A program made the translations under genes and the position numbers. Of a DNA stretch of 55,008 nt, positions 1 through 8,373 are shown one piece after another (position 1 is the first letter of the stretch; the number at the start of each line of letters is the position of its first letter). The DNA lies in contig CALRAL010000004.1 in the NCBI GenBank assembly GCA_943350875.1, forward strand, positions 1 through 55,008, in the 5' to 3' direction. Source of the stretch: Candidatus Nomurabacteria bacterium (GTDB taxonomy: Bacteria; Patescibacteriota; Minisyncoccia; Phycocordibacterales; UBA9973). Below the pieces are notes generated by a model. The model was not told the origin of the DNA, made no database searches, and was given only the letters and a program-made list of their open reading frames with translations.

Positions 1-42
1 GCAGCCAAAAGATTATTAGTACCTGTATTATCCACAAGTGCC

Positions 43-2736
43 ATGACCGCTGCTTCTGGATTACCTCCAAAACTGCAACCATTTGCAATATCTTTAATAT
101 CTCTTAGTATGCTAAGTTTAAGTCTTACATCAATATCTGGAGCAGCTGGTCTGGTAGCAGGAAAAGGAACTGCCTTTGCAACTAAAAGATTACTATCAGA
201 AAAAGCCATTGCTAAAAAATCCAGAGAGATGACTGAAGAAAGAAATAGAAAAATATCTAAGTTAGATGTAAATGATCCAAAATTTAGTGCAACAGTAAAA
301 GTAATAGAAGAGGAATATAAAAAAATATTATCGATGACAGAAAATAGAAGAGCCTTGAGAGGTATCGCTGGGGTATTAACAGCAGTCGGTACAAGTACCT
401 TGATTCAAGTAAATGCTGAAACTATTACAAAAGAGGGAGGAGAATTGGTACAAAAACTAGAACATACAATGCCAAGCATTGCTCCAGTGATAGAAGGAAT
501 TCATACAGTCTCTGGAAGTATCGCAGAAGTACAAAAAAGTATGTATGAGAAACTAGACCACACAGTAAGTGCAGTAGGTGGCTTGTTTAATAAAACAGAA
601 CACGCTGAGGCTTCTTCCTCTCATTTAGATAGTTCTGCTGTGAGAGATACAGTAAGTGCAGATTCAACACACAAAATGGCAAGTTATGATCCAAATAAAG
701 TTGGAACAGAAAAAGTCACACAGCAAGAAGATAACGAGTTAAAAACACCCCGCCAAGAATTTGAAGAATCTATGAAGCAATATCATGTTGTAAATACTAA
801 TCCAGTTGAACACCATACTACTGAGGTCAAATTTGAACATGGGATGGGAGGAATAAAAGCTATAGAGAATTTGCAAGAGCAATTACATCAAAAATATGGT
901 GATGATACATCAAAAGCAACATCGGAAGAAGTAAGATTTATGAAAATGAGTTCAGTAGAAATAGCAAAAGAAACTGGACTTTATGACCCAAACAATCCTG
1001 AAGCAGAAAGTGCATTAATCAAAGAAGGCGCAACACTTAGTATTAGTGATAAAGGTATCATATTAAACAATACAAAGGATGACATAAACTTAGGAACAGA
1101 AAAATATTCTGGAGATATGATGGAACATAAAACAACAATAAGTGAATTACTAAAATTACACCCAATTAGAAATACAATTATTGAACCTCACCAGGCTAGA
1201 ATAAACACCCATGAACCATCAGTAGTAGGATTTGTAAGACAACCCATAGAAAATGAAACGTCAGGAAATTTAGAACATAAAACTAATACAACAACAGAAC
1301 ACGCGAGAATTGAAGAAGATTTAGCTAATAAATCTGGACTTAATCCACGAAATTTTAAAATGCATGATGATTTTGTTAAAGCTGCTGAAGAAAAAATAAG
1401 GGAAAATAATTCTAACATAAAAGAGTTGAAGGAGCAAAAAGATGCAGAGGAGCTAAAAAAATATGAACAATCTAGCAAAAGTCAGGTGGACCAATCTGAA
1501 CAAAAAGAAGTAACCACGCCTATTGGGAAAGTGGATGAATCATTAAAAACTTTCGATGAGTTAGAAAAGGATGCAAGGATGCATGACGGTAGTCATAATA
1601 AAGACCCACAGCAACTTGAACAGGGAAATATAAAGAATAATGAAATGGAAGTTAAACCTGAAATAAAAGTAGAAAAATATGGTGAAGTTGTTAATAAAGA
1701 ACAAAATACAAACGACACTGTTGAGTCAGGACAATTAATAAATTATAACTGGGAAGGGAACCAAGACCATGCAATTGGGATACCAGTTGGACCACATGGA
1801 TCGATGACCATTCAATTTGAATATGAAGATGGGAAAATAATTGGCACCGAAGCTACAGTAAAAGACTTTGGTAATAATGTAGATCTTGCCCATCAATATA
1901 AATTGAATCCGACAACAGCTAGTTACGCCGATGGTCAGATAGACGACATGGCAAATAAAATTGAGTTTTTGAAAGTTTTACCTCATAACACTAAAGAGTA
2001 TCAGTTCTTGCAAAAAGAAATAATAGACATGCAAAAGGATATAAACCATAACTATCCTGGCGTTCTTGATCCTAATAAATTCGAGATAACACACCCAACA
2101 CCGTATATTGATAATCATACAGTGGCACAACCAATAAATAAAATAGGAGAAGATACAGAAATCAAAAAAGCAGATACAAAGGTTGATGAGAGTAAATACA
2201 GCCCAACAGAAAAACACACTAGTGAGCAGAAACAAGAAAATACTGGAAACATACAATCAGTAGAGACAAAAATTTTTGACTTAATTACTATTACAAAAAA
2301 TGAACATTTCCCACATATCGACGGGACAAAAGTTCAATTCACATATGATAATCAAGGGAAAATAATAGACATAAAAGACACGCAGCAAGATCTAACAAAC
2401 GTTAGACCAGCTGATCTGCTAAAGACGGATGACCCTAAACATAATTTCATGACTGAAATCAAAAATACAATGCAAAAAGAAGAGATAGCTATCTACAAAC
2501 AGCAAGGATTGGTTGATGGTCTTATAGATCATGAAAAAACACTTTATAAATATTTATATGTACATGATCAGATTAATAAAAACCCAGCCTATGCAAATGA
2601 AGCTGAATACTTAAAAGGTAAAATCATAGAAGAAATTGGAAAAATATCAAAATATGGTGATGTCATTGATTACAATAAACTTCCTGAAGACATACAAGAA
2701 GCATATAAAAAAAGTGACAGAATAAAAAATTATTAA
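43..2736 (+). CDS. Large hypothetical membrane-anchored or surface protein (897 aa), rich in Lys/Glu/Asn. The frame is open back to nt 1, so the true 5' end may lie outside the window.
   Basis: Long uninterrupted ORF with an N-terminal hydrophobic segment (LQPFAISLISLSMLSLSLTSISGAAGLVAG). No catalytic motif recognised. Confidence 0.6.
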   Translation: MTAASGLPPKLQPFAISLISLSMLSLSLTSISGAAGLVAGKGTAFATKRLLSEKAIAKKSREMTEERNRKISKLDVNDPKFSATVKVIEEEYKKILSMTENRRALRGIAGVLTAVGTSTLIQVNAETITKEGGELVQKLEHTMPSIAPVIEGIHTVSGSIAEVQKSMYEKLDHTVSAVGGLFNKTEHAEASSSHLDSSAVRDTVSADSTHKMASYDPNKVGTEKVTQQEDNELKTPRQEFEESMKQYHVVNTNPVEHHTTEVKFEHGMGGIKAIENLQEQLHQKYGDDTSKATSEEVRFMKMSSVEIAKETGLYDPNNPEAESALIKEGATLSISDKGIILNNTKDDINLGTEKYSGDMMEHKTTISELLKLHPIRNTIIEPHQARINTHEPSVVGFVRQPIENETSGNLEHKTNTTTEHARIEEDLANKSGLNPRNFKMHDDFVKAAEEKIRENNSNIKELKEQKDAEELKKYEQSSKSQVDQSEQKEVTTPIGKVDESLKTFDELEKDARMHDGSHNKDPQQLEQGNIKNNEMEVKPEIKVEKYGEVVNKEQNTNDTVESGQLINYNWEGNQDHAIGIPVGPHGSMTIQFEYEDGKIIGTEATVKDFGNNVDLAHQYKLNPTTASYADGQIDDMANKIEFLKVLPHNTKEYQFLQKEIIDMQKDINHNYPGVLDPNKFEITHPTPYIDNHTVAQPINKIGEDTEIKKADTKVDESKYSPTEKHTSEQKQENTGNIQSVETKIFDLITITKNEHFPHIDGTKVQFTYDNQGKIIDIKDTQQDLTNVRPADLLKTDDPKHNFMTEIKNTMQKEEIAIYKQQGLVDGLIDHEKTLYKYLYVHDQINKNPAYANEAEYLKGKIIEEIGKISKYGDVIDYNKLPEDIQEAYKKSDRIKNY

Positions 2737-2750
2737 TAACATAAAAAATT

Positions 2751-3056
2751 ATGAGTACGATAAAAGAAAATTTAATAGATTTGTTTGAACTAGATAAATT
2801 GCCACCCGAAAAGGCAATCGAGATGACAGAGCGCTTGGGTAAATTAGTATTTCAAGCTGTTTTGGTAAGAGTATTACCGACACTTTCAGAAGAAAATTTA
2901 ACTAAATATGAAGGAATAATTGCAAAGAATGAAGGAGTTGAAGTAATGTTTAAATTCTTAGGGGAAGCAGTGCCTAACTTTGAGGGAATAATAACAGAGG
3001 AAGCCGAAGCATTGCGAGCTGATTTGGCGGGGGAATTTGAAGCAGCTGGAATATAA
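2751..3056 (+). CDS. Small conserved hypothetical helical protein (101 aa)
   Basis: Clean ORF 14 nt after the previous stop, followed by an intrinsic terminator. No motif recognised. Confidence 0.55.
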   Translation: MSTIKENLIDLFELDKLPPEKAIEMTERLGKLVFQAVLVRVLPTLSEENLTKYEGIIAKNEGVEVMFKFLGEAVPNFEGIITEEAEALRADLAGEFEAAGI

Positions 3057-3062
3057 AAAACA

Positions 3063-3091
3063 AAAAAAGTCCCCAGAAATGGGGATTTTTT
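3063..3091 (+). terminator. Rho-independent terminator-like hairpin
   Basis: aaaaaagtCCCCAgaaaTGGGGatttttt: a 5-bp GC stem with a GAAA loop, flanked by an A-run and a T-run. Confidence 0.6.
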
Positions 3092-3112
3092 AATTTGTGT
3101 TATATTTAAACA

Positions 3113-5200
3113 ATGGGAGAACATCTAGCTGGACTAAATAGCGCTCAAAAGGAAGCAGCCACTCATACGGACGGTCCGCTTTTGATTATTGCTGGAGCAG
3201 GAGCAGGAAAGACTAAAACCATTACCCATAGAATAGTGAATTTGATCAAAAAAGGCATCTCCCCAGATAAAATATTGGCCGTGACTTTTACCAATAAAGC
3301 TGCCAAGGAAATGCGAGAGAGAATAATCTTGGAAATAGAGAAAAATGCTAAAGGTCAGAACAGTGTCCCTTTTGTGAGCACTTTTCACTCTCTTGGAGTG
3401 TATATCATAAAAGAAAATGCTCACGAATTAGGCCTGACAAAGCATTTCACCATCCTAGATGAGTCAGATTCTAATAGAATAGTAAAAGAAGCAATAGTAG
3501 AGATAGGACTTGATCCAAAACAATATGACCCGAAAAAAATAAAAGGAATAATCAGTCGAGAAAAAGGTAAATTCACCCAGCTTTTAGAATTCACTGAGAG
3601 AGCGGAGGGAGGCGGGGGAGGATTTATGAGTAAAATAGTGGCGCAAGTATGGAATATATATGAGAAAAATAAAGCTAAAGAAAATGCACTCGACTTTGAT
3701 GATTTACTTTTAAAAACGGTAGGACTTTTAAAGAACAATGAAGGAAAAAGAAAAATGTATCAGGAAAGATGGACACACATCCATATAGATGAATACCAAG
3801 ATACAAATGAAGTGCAATATCTAATGTCCCGACTACTTTGTGGAGATAATAAAAATATCTGTGTGGTGGGAGATGCCGACCAGAACATTTATTCATGGCG
3901 AGGAGCAAATTTGAAAAATATTTTAAGCTTTGAAAAAGATTATCCGAACGCAAAGATAGTGACGTTGGAAGAGAATTATCGTTCAACAAAAAATATTTTA
4001 GAAGCTGCGAATGAAGTAATCAAGAAAAATAAATACAGACCAGACAAAAATTTATTTACTAAAAATGATGCAGGGGAGAAAATATCCCTTTACGAAGCTC
4101 TTGATGAAGCTGATGAAGCAGATTCTGTAGCAACAAAAGTTTTAGAAATATTAGATAATGAAGCAAATGATATCTCAACGGGGTCGCTGTCTGTGCGTGC
4201 TCGCACAGCGCTGCCTCTCGGCTCGTCAGCCTGCGAGACACCCCGCCAAGACACACTTGCTTCATTATCTGAACCCAAGAGCATTTTGTCTGAAGTAGCA
4301 ATTTTATACCGAGCAAATTTCCAATCGAGAGTTCTAGAAGAAGCGATGCTCCGCTACAACATACCACACCAAGTTTTAGGAATAAAATTCTTTGAAAGAA
4401 AAGAAATAAAAGACACTCTCGCATATTTGCGTGCTGCACTAAACCCTGAAAGCTTATCAGACATAAAACGCATCATAAATTTCCCCAAAAGGGGGATAGG
4501 CAAAGCAACTTTGGTGAAAATATTTGCGAAAGATATGGAAAGTTTGCCAATAAAAACAAAAATAAAGATTGATAACTTCTATAAAACATTAGAAGAAATA
4601 AAAAACAAAATAACAACAGAAAAAGCATCAGATGTGATAAGGTTCACCGTGAAAAAAGCTGGGATTGAGAGCGAATTATTAGAAGGTGGAGAAGAAGAAA
4701 TAGAAAGGTTAGAAAACATAAAAGAGCTAGCGACCCTAGCATTAAAATATGACAACTTACCAAATGGAGCTGGAATAGAAAGGCTTTTAGAAGATGCATC
4801 ACTGTCTTCAGATCAAGATAGCTTAATGATAACAGATGAAAAAAAGGATAAAAAAGATGCCATTAAGCTAATGACTGTGCATGCTTCAAAAGGTTTAGAA
4901 TTTAAATATGTTTTCGTTGTAGGACTAGAAGATGGGCTCTTCCCACATAAGAGAGATGGTGAGATTCCCGAAGATAAAGAAGAAGAAAGGAGACTTTTCT
5001 ATGTAGCACTCACCCGAGCGAAAGAGAAATTATTTTTAAGTTTCGCAAATTACCGAACCATCTTCGGCTCACGACAAATAAATGCGCCGAGTGAATTCAT
5101 TTCAGATATCCCGAGTGATATTTTAGAAAAAGACCTGCCCGCCAATGCCTTCGGCCTCAGGCGATGGCAGGCGGGAGGAGAGAAAGATATTATTTTCTAA
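3113..5200 (+). CDS. pcrA: ATP-dependent DNA helicase, UvrD/PcrA family
   Basis: N-terminal LNSAQKEAA...IIAGAGAGKTKTITHRI (Walker A). Also DEYQDTN, VGDADQNIYSWRGA, LEENYRST and TVHASKGLEF helicase motifs. Confidence 0.9.
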   Translation: MGEHLAGLNSAQKEAATHTDGPLLIIAGAGAGKTKTITHRIVNLIKKGISPDKILAVTFTNKAAKEMRERIILEIEKNAKGQNSVPFVSTFHSLGVYIIKENAHELGLTKHFTILDESDSNRIVKEAIVEIGLDPKQYDPKKIKGIISREKGKFTQLLEFTERAEGGGGGFMSKIVAQVWNIYEKNKAKENALDFDDLLLKTVGLLKNNEGKRKMYQERWTHIHIDEYQDTNEVQYLMSRLLCGDNKNICVVGDADQNIYSWRGANLKNILSFEKDYPNAKIVTLEENYRSTKNILEAANEVIKKNKYRPDKNLFTKNDAGEKISLYEALDEADEADSVATKVLEILDNEANDISTGSLSVRARTALPLGSSACETPRQDTLASLSEPKSILSEVAILYRANFQSRVLEEAMLRYNIPHQVLGIKFFERKEIKDTLAYLRAALNPESLSDIKRIINFPKRGIGKATLVKIFAKDMESLPIKTKIKIDNFYKTLEEIKNKITTEKASDVIRFTVKKAGIESELLEGGEEEIERLENIKELATLALKYDNLPNGAGIERLLEDASLSSDQDSLMITDEKKDKKDAIKLMTVHASKGLEFKYVFVVGLEDGLFPHKRDGEIPEDKEEERRLFYVALTRAKEKLFLSFANYRTIFGSRQINAPSEFISDIPSDILEKDLPANAFGLRRWQAGGEKDIIF
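4178..4250. repeat. GC-rich hairpin-bearing segment in frame inside pcrA
   Basis: Sharp GC island in an AT-rich gene. Hairpins are CTGTGCG-tgct-CGCACAG (4191-4208) and TCTCG..CGAGA (4216-4238). It encodes SLSVRARTALPLGSSACETPRQ, just before the conserved AILYRxNxQSR block. Confidence 0.6.
5134..5175. repeat. CCTGCCCGCC...GGCAGGCGGG element (42 nt) in frame in the pcrA C-terminal tail
   Basis: cctgcccgccaatgccttcggcctcaggcgatggcaggcggg. It aligns along its whole length with the 40-nt copy in polA (39991-40030). Confidence 0.65.
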
Positions 5201-5216
5201 GTAAAACACAAAACAT

Positions 5217-6101
5217 ATGCATAAAACAAAAAAATCATTGGGACTAAAAATTGGGAACAATTTCGTCCGAGCCAAAAAGGCTTTAGGACAGAATTTCTTA
5301 AAATCTCAGCTGGCGATAAAGAAAATAATTGAAACGGGAGAAATAAAACCAAACGATATCGTTTTAGAAATAGGCCCCGGGAAGGGAATATTAACAGAAA
5401 AGCTTTTACTTGTAGCAAGAACGGTTCTTGCTATCGAAAAAGACAGAGAGCTCTTTGAGTTTTTGAAAATTAAATTCGAAAAAGAAATTTCAGAAAAAAA
5501 ATTAATTTTAATTAATGATGATATATTAAAATTAAAAATTGCTAGGCAAGACCTAGCAATTTATAAAATTATTGCAAACATTCCTTACAACATCACTGGG
5601 GCAATTTTAAAAAAGTTTTTGACAGAAAAACATCAGCCAGAGAAAATGGTGCTCATGGTGCAACACGAAGTGGCGCAGAGGATCACCACCCCTAGCCCCT
5701 CCTCCACAAGGAGGGGAAAAGAGAGCTTGTTATCTATTTCAGTCAAAGCTTATGGCACACCAAAGTTAATTATGAAAGTGCCAGCGCGATACTTCTCCCC
5801 AAGCCCAAAAGTTGACTCCGCAGTGATAGAAATAAAAAATATTTCTCGCAAAATATTTGAGGAAAATAAAATAAATGAAGAAAAGTTCTGGGAAATAGTG
5901 CATTTAGGCTTCGCACATAAGAGAAAGAAGCTCTCTGGTAACCTAAAACAATACACAGGCAACGCCTGTGTATTGGAGAAGTTGAAAGTTTTGGAATTAA
6001 AAGACAAAAGAGCAGAAGAATTAACATTGAAAGATTGGATTTCACTCGCAAAAGATACAACCCTTCCTAGCCTCCCCTTGTCAGGGGAGGAAAAAAATTA
6101 A
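5217..6101 (+). CDS. rsmA: 16S rRNA (adenine1518/1519-N6)-dimethyltransferase RsmA/KsgA
   Basis: LGQNFL signature, VLEIGPGKGILT SAM-binding motif, ANIPYNIT motif, typical length. Confidence 0.88.
   Translation: MHKTKKSLGLKIGNNFVRAKKALGQNFLKSQLAIKKIIETGEIKPNDIVLEIGPGKGILTEKLLLVARTVLAIEKDRELFEFLKIKFEKEISEKKLILINDDILKLKIARQDLAIYKIIANIPYNITGAILKKFLTEKHQPEKMVLMVQHEVAQRITTPSPSSTRRGKESLLSISVKAYGTPKLIMKVPARYFSPSPKVDSAVIEIKNISRKIFEENKINEEKFWEIVHLGFAHKRKKLSGNLKQYTGNACVLEKLKVLELKDKRAEELTLKDWISLAKDTTLPSLPLSGEEKN
5696..5716. repeat. C-run/G-run hairpin in frame in rsmA
   Basis: CCCCTCC-tccacaa-GGAGGGG. The same stem occurs in uvrB at 44524-44544. Confidence 0.6.
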
Positions 6102-6132
6102 AAGTCCCCCTGACAAGGGGGATTTAGGAGGT
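6071..6132. repeat. Composite C-run/G-run hairpin element straddling the rsmA stop codon
   Basis: cctccccTTGTCAggggagg, a 14-nt spacer, cccccTGACAAggggg, then atttaggaggt. The same architecture is found at 24259-24351. Confidence 0.7.
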
Positions 6133-6174
6133 TAGAAACTAGCATTTTATTTTAATTCTTAGTATAATATACGT

Positions 6175-6579
6175 ATGAAAAAAGGCATTTTTTTTACACT
6201 GCTCATATTCTTTTTTGTGTTTTTATTTTCAGCTAAAACAACTTTTGCAATCTTCGGACTAGGTCAATCTTTCGGTGGAAAAATACTTCACACAAAAGAT
6301 ATAAAAATACAAGCAGCTGAAAGTGCTGGGTATCATTGCTTGATCCTTGGTAGCACCATTACCATAGCGCCTCTTGGTTCTCCAGCTGGGACTCCGATAG
6401 GATATTTCATACCTGCAAGCGTGATACCGAAGACAAGGACTACCCCGATGACTGGACAATTCATTTTAGGTAAATATGCTGGTACCACAAGCATAGAATG
6501 CCTACCACCACATTTTGTAATGCCAGTAATAACTGTACCGTTAAGTATAATAACCATGTTCGGAACATCAAAGTTTTAG
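6175..6579 (+). CDS. Small secreted hypothetical protein (134 aa)
   Basis: Signal-peptide-like N-terminus (MKKGIFFTLLIFFFVFLFSAKTTFA). TATAAT-like box at 6162-6167. Confidence 0.55.
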   Translation: MKKGIFFTLLIFFFVFLFSAKTTFAIFGLGQSFGGKILHTKDIKIQAAESAGYHCLILGSTITIAPLGSPAGTPIGYFIPASVIPKTRTTPMTGQFILGKYAGTTSIECLPPHFVMPVITVPLSIITMFGTSKF

Positions 6580-6586
6580 ATTTTAA

Positions 6587-6628
6587 CAGGCAAGACCTGT
6601 ACAAATTCAGGCAAGACCTGTACAAATT
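6587..6628 (+). repeat. Perfect tandem duplication, 2 x 21 nt, abutting the next start codon
   Basis: caggcaagacctgtacaaatt occurs twice (6587-6607 and 6608-6628). Each unit contains the hairpin ACAGG-caaga-CCTGT. Confidence 0.85.
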
Positions 6629-7582
6629 ATGATAAAAAACCCTTTAAATAACGAAAAAGTAAAGAAAATACTGCCAAGCAAGAAATTCGCTATAATAATG
6701 GGTATTTCTGTGGTTTTGATCGTGGCTATATATATGATTTTCTTCATGCCTTCAAAAAAGGAGGATTATACAGGGCTAAAAACTACTACTGGAGAAAGTT
6801 TGCTAGCACAACAAGCAGACAATCAAGACATCTTCACTCTAGTCCAACACGACACAGATAACGATGGCATTCCAGACTGGGAAGAATCCCTCTGGGGAAC
6901 AGATAAGACGAAAAAAGCTACTTTTGAGGGTATGCCTGATGCCACATACATAGAAAACAAGAAAAAAGAATTAAAAACAGATAAAATAAACACTGAAAAC
7001 ACCCTTACAGAGACAGATAGATTCGCTAGAGAGTTCTTCACTGCTTACACTGCCATGAAAGAATCCGGCAAAGTAGATCCAAATGCTATAAATGAATTCT
7101 CTAATGAATTAGGCAAAAACATCGTTAGCCCTGATATAATAGATCAATATAATGCAAGTGATATCAAAACCACCAGCAAAGACACATCGGTAGAAAGGAC
7201 CCAGTATTACATAGTCATCAAAAACATCTTTGACAGCTACCAAAAAGCAGGTATCGGGGAAGAATTGAGCATCTTGGGTGGAAGATTGGCTACATATTCT
7301 TCTACTGGCAAAGCTAGCTCCTATGAAAAGCTCCCAGCTATAGCTACCGCTTACAAGAACTTCGCGGAAAAGGTGATGGAGCATGCTGTACCAGCGAGCT
7401 TGGCAGAAATACATTTGAGAATAGCCAACAGCGCAAACAACACCGGCACTAGTGTGCAAAATATGACCAAGACCATCACCGACCCCATCGTTGGGCTTTC
7501 CGGACTTTCTCAATATCAGAAATACAGTGATGAATTGGTAAAAAATGTGGCAGATTTAAAGGCGGTTTTGAGTAAAAAGTGA
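6629..7582 (+). CDS. Membrane-anchored hypothetical protein with a DxDxDG calcium-binding-like motif
   Basis: One N-terminal TM segment (FAIIMGISVVLIVAIYMIFFM). DTDNDGIPDWEE resembles a thrombospondin type 3 repeat. Confidence 0.55.
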   Translation: MIKNPLNNEKVKKILPSKKFAIIMGISVVLIVAIYMIFFMPSKKEDYTGLKTTTGESLLAQQADNQDIFTLVQHDTDNDGIPDWEESLWGTDKTKKATFEGMPDATYIENKKKELKTDKINTENTLTETDRFAREFFTAYTAMKESGKVDPNAINEFSNELGKNIVSPDIIDQYNASDIKTTSKDTSVERTQYYIVIKNIFDSYQKAGIGEELSILGGRLATYSSTGKASSYEKLPAIATAYKNFAEKVMEHAVPASLAEIHLRIANSANNTGTSVQNMTKTITDPIVGLSGLSQYQKYSDELVKNVADLKAVLSKK

Positions 7583-7597
7583 TATAATATAAAACTG

Positions 7598-7981
7598 ATG
7601 AGCAAGATAAAAAAAAGTGCATTAATTATATCTTTTGGTTCACAAACGACAGGACAGGCAGACGCCATGTCTGACTTTGATTTTGCCGTTTTGGCAGAAA
7701 AACCGCTCACCCTTTCGCAAAAAGTAAAACTCTGTGATCATCTAGAGAAAAAGCTGAAAATCAATCCAGATAAGATAGATTTGGTTGACCTGCATACCGC
7801 TTCGCCCTTGCTTTCATACGAAGTAGCACAAAAAGGGAAATTGATCGAGGGAAGTGATTTTGATTTTATAAGATTTAAAGTCCGAGCGTGGAAAACATAT
7901 TTGGACACTGCCAAATTCCGTCGCATAGACGAACAAATGATAAAAAATTATGTCCAAGGAATTTATCTTCAAAAAAATTAA
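7598..7981 (+). CDS. mntA: Minimal nucleotidyltransferase (MNT), MntA-type antitoxin
   Basis: GSQTTGQADAMSDFDFAVL matches the GSxxxG...SDxD nucleotidyltransferase motif. It overlaps the downstream HEPN gene by 32 nt. Confidence 0.75.
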   Translation: MSKIKKSALIISFGSQTTGQADAMSDFDFAVLAEKPLTLSQKVKLCDHLEKKLKINPDKIDLVDLHTASPLLSYEVAQKGKLIEGSDFDFIRFKVRAWKTYLDTAKFRRIDEQMIKNYVQGIYLQKN

Positions 7982-8366
7982 ACAAATGACAATTTTGCTC
8001 GTTGAATTAGATGTGTTTTTAACTGCATCATATTTAGAATTTAGCAAAAATCGTAGCAACATAAGGGCTTCTGAAAGAAATTTTCAGCTGATTGTAGAGC
8101 TTGCCAGCGATATAAATGCTCATATATCTTTAGAGCGCGGTGTTCGCACTCCCGACAACTACAAAGAATCTTTCCGGGAAATCGAAAAATTCGGAATTTT
8201 GGATGAAAAAACGACGAAAGAACTGGAACAAAGTGTTAAATTGAGAAACATTTTAACTCACGAATATGATTTTGACGAAGATAATTTTATTTTTTACAAA
8301 TCAGCCAAGAATTTTATGACCACTTATAAAAATTACATTGTGGCGATAGAAAAATATTTGAATTAG
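7950..8366 (+). CDS. hepT: HEPN/DUF86 toxin, HepT-type
   Basis: LRNILTHEYDF carries the Rx4-6H HEPN motif. Paired with the upstream MNT gene. Confidence 0.75.
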   Translation: MSKEFIFKKIKQMTILLVELDVFLTASYLEFSKNRSNIRASERNFQLIVELASDINAHISLERGVRTPDNYKESFREIEKFGILDEKTTKELEQSVKLRNILTHEYDFDEDNFIFYKSAKNFMTTYKNYIVAIEKYLN

Positions 8367-8373
8367 TTATAAA

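Noticed and set aside
3598-3625. G-rich run in pcrA (gagagcggagggaggcgggggagga, encoding AEGGGGG) as another hairpin element
   Set aside because: It has no complementary C-run partner nearby, so it does not form the hairpin typical of the repeat families. It may simply encode a Gly linker.
4178-4250. The in-frame inserts might be inteins or introns
   Set aside because: They are only 12-35 codons long. They lack intein splicing blocks (an N-terminal Cys/Ser with a C-terminal His-Asn plus Cys/Ser/Thr) and lack group I or II intron size and structure. They are better described as palindromic repeat insertions.
6587-6628. Possible CRISPR array
   Set aside because: There are only two directly abutting 21-nt units, with no spacers and no cas genes. 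No CRISPR-like repeat-spacer periodicity appears anywhere in the window.
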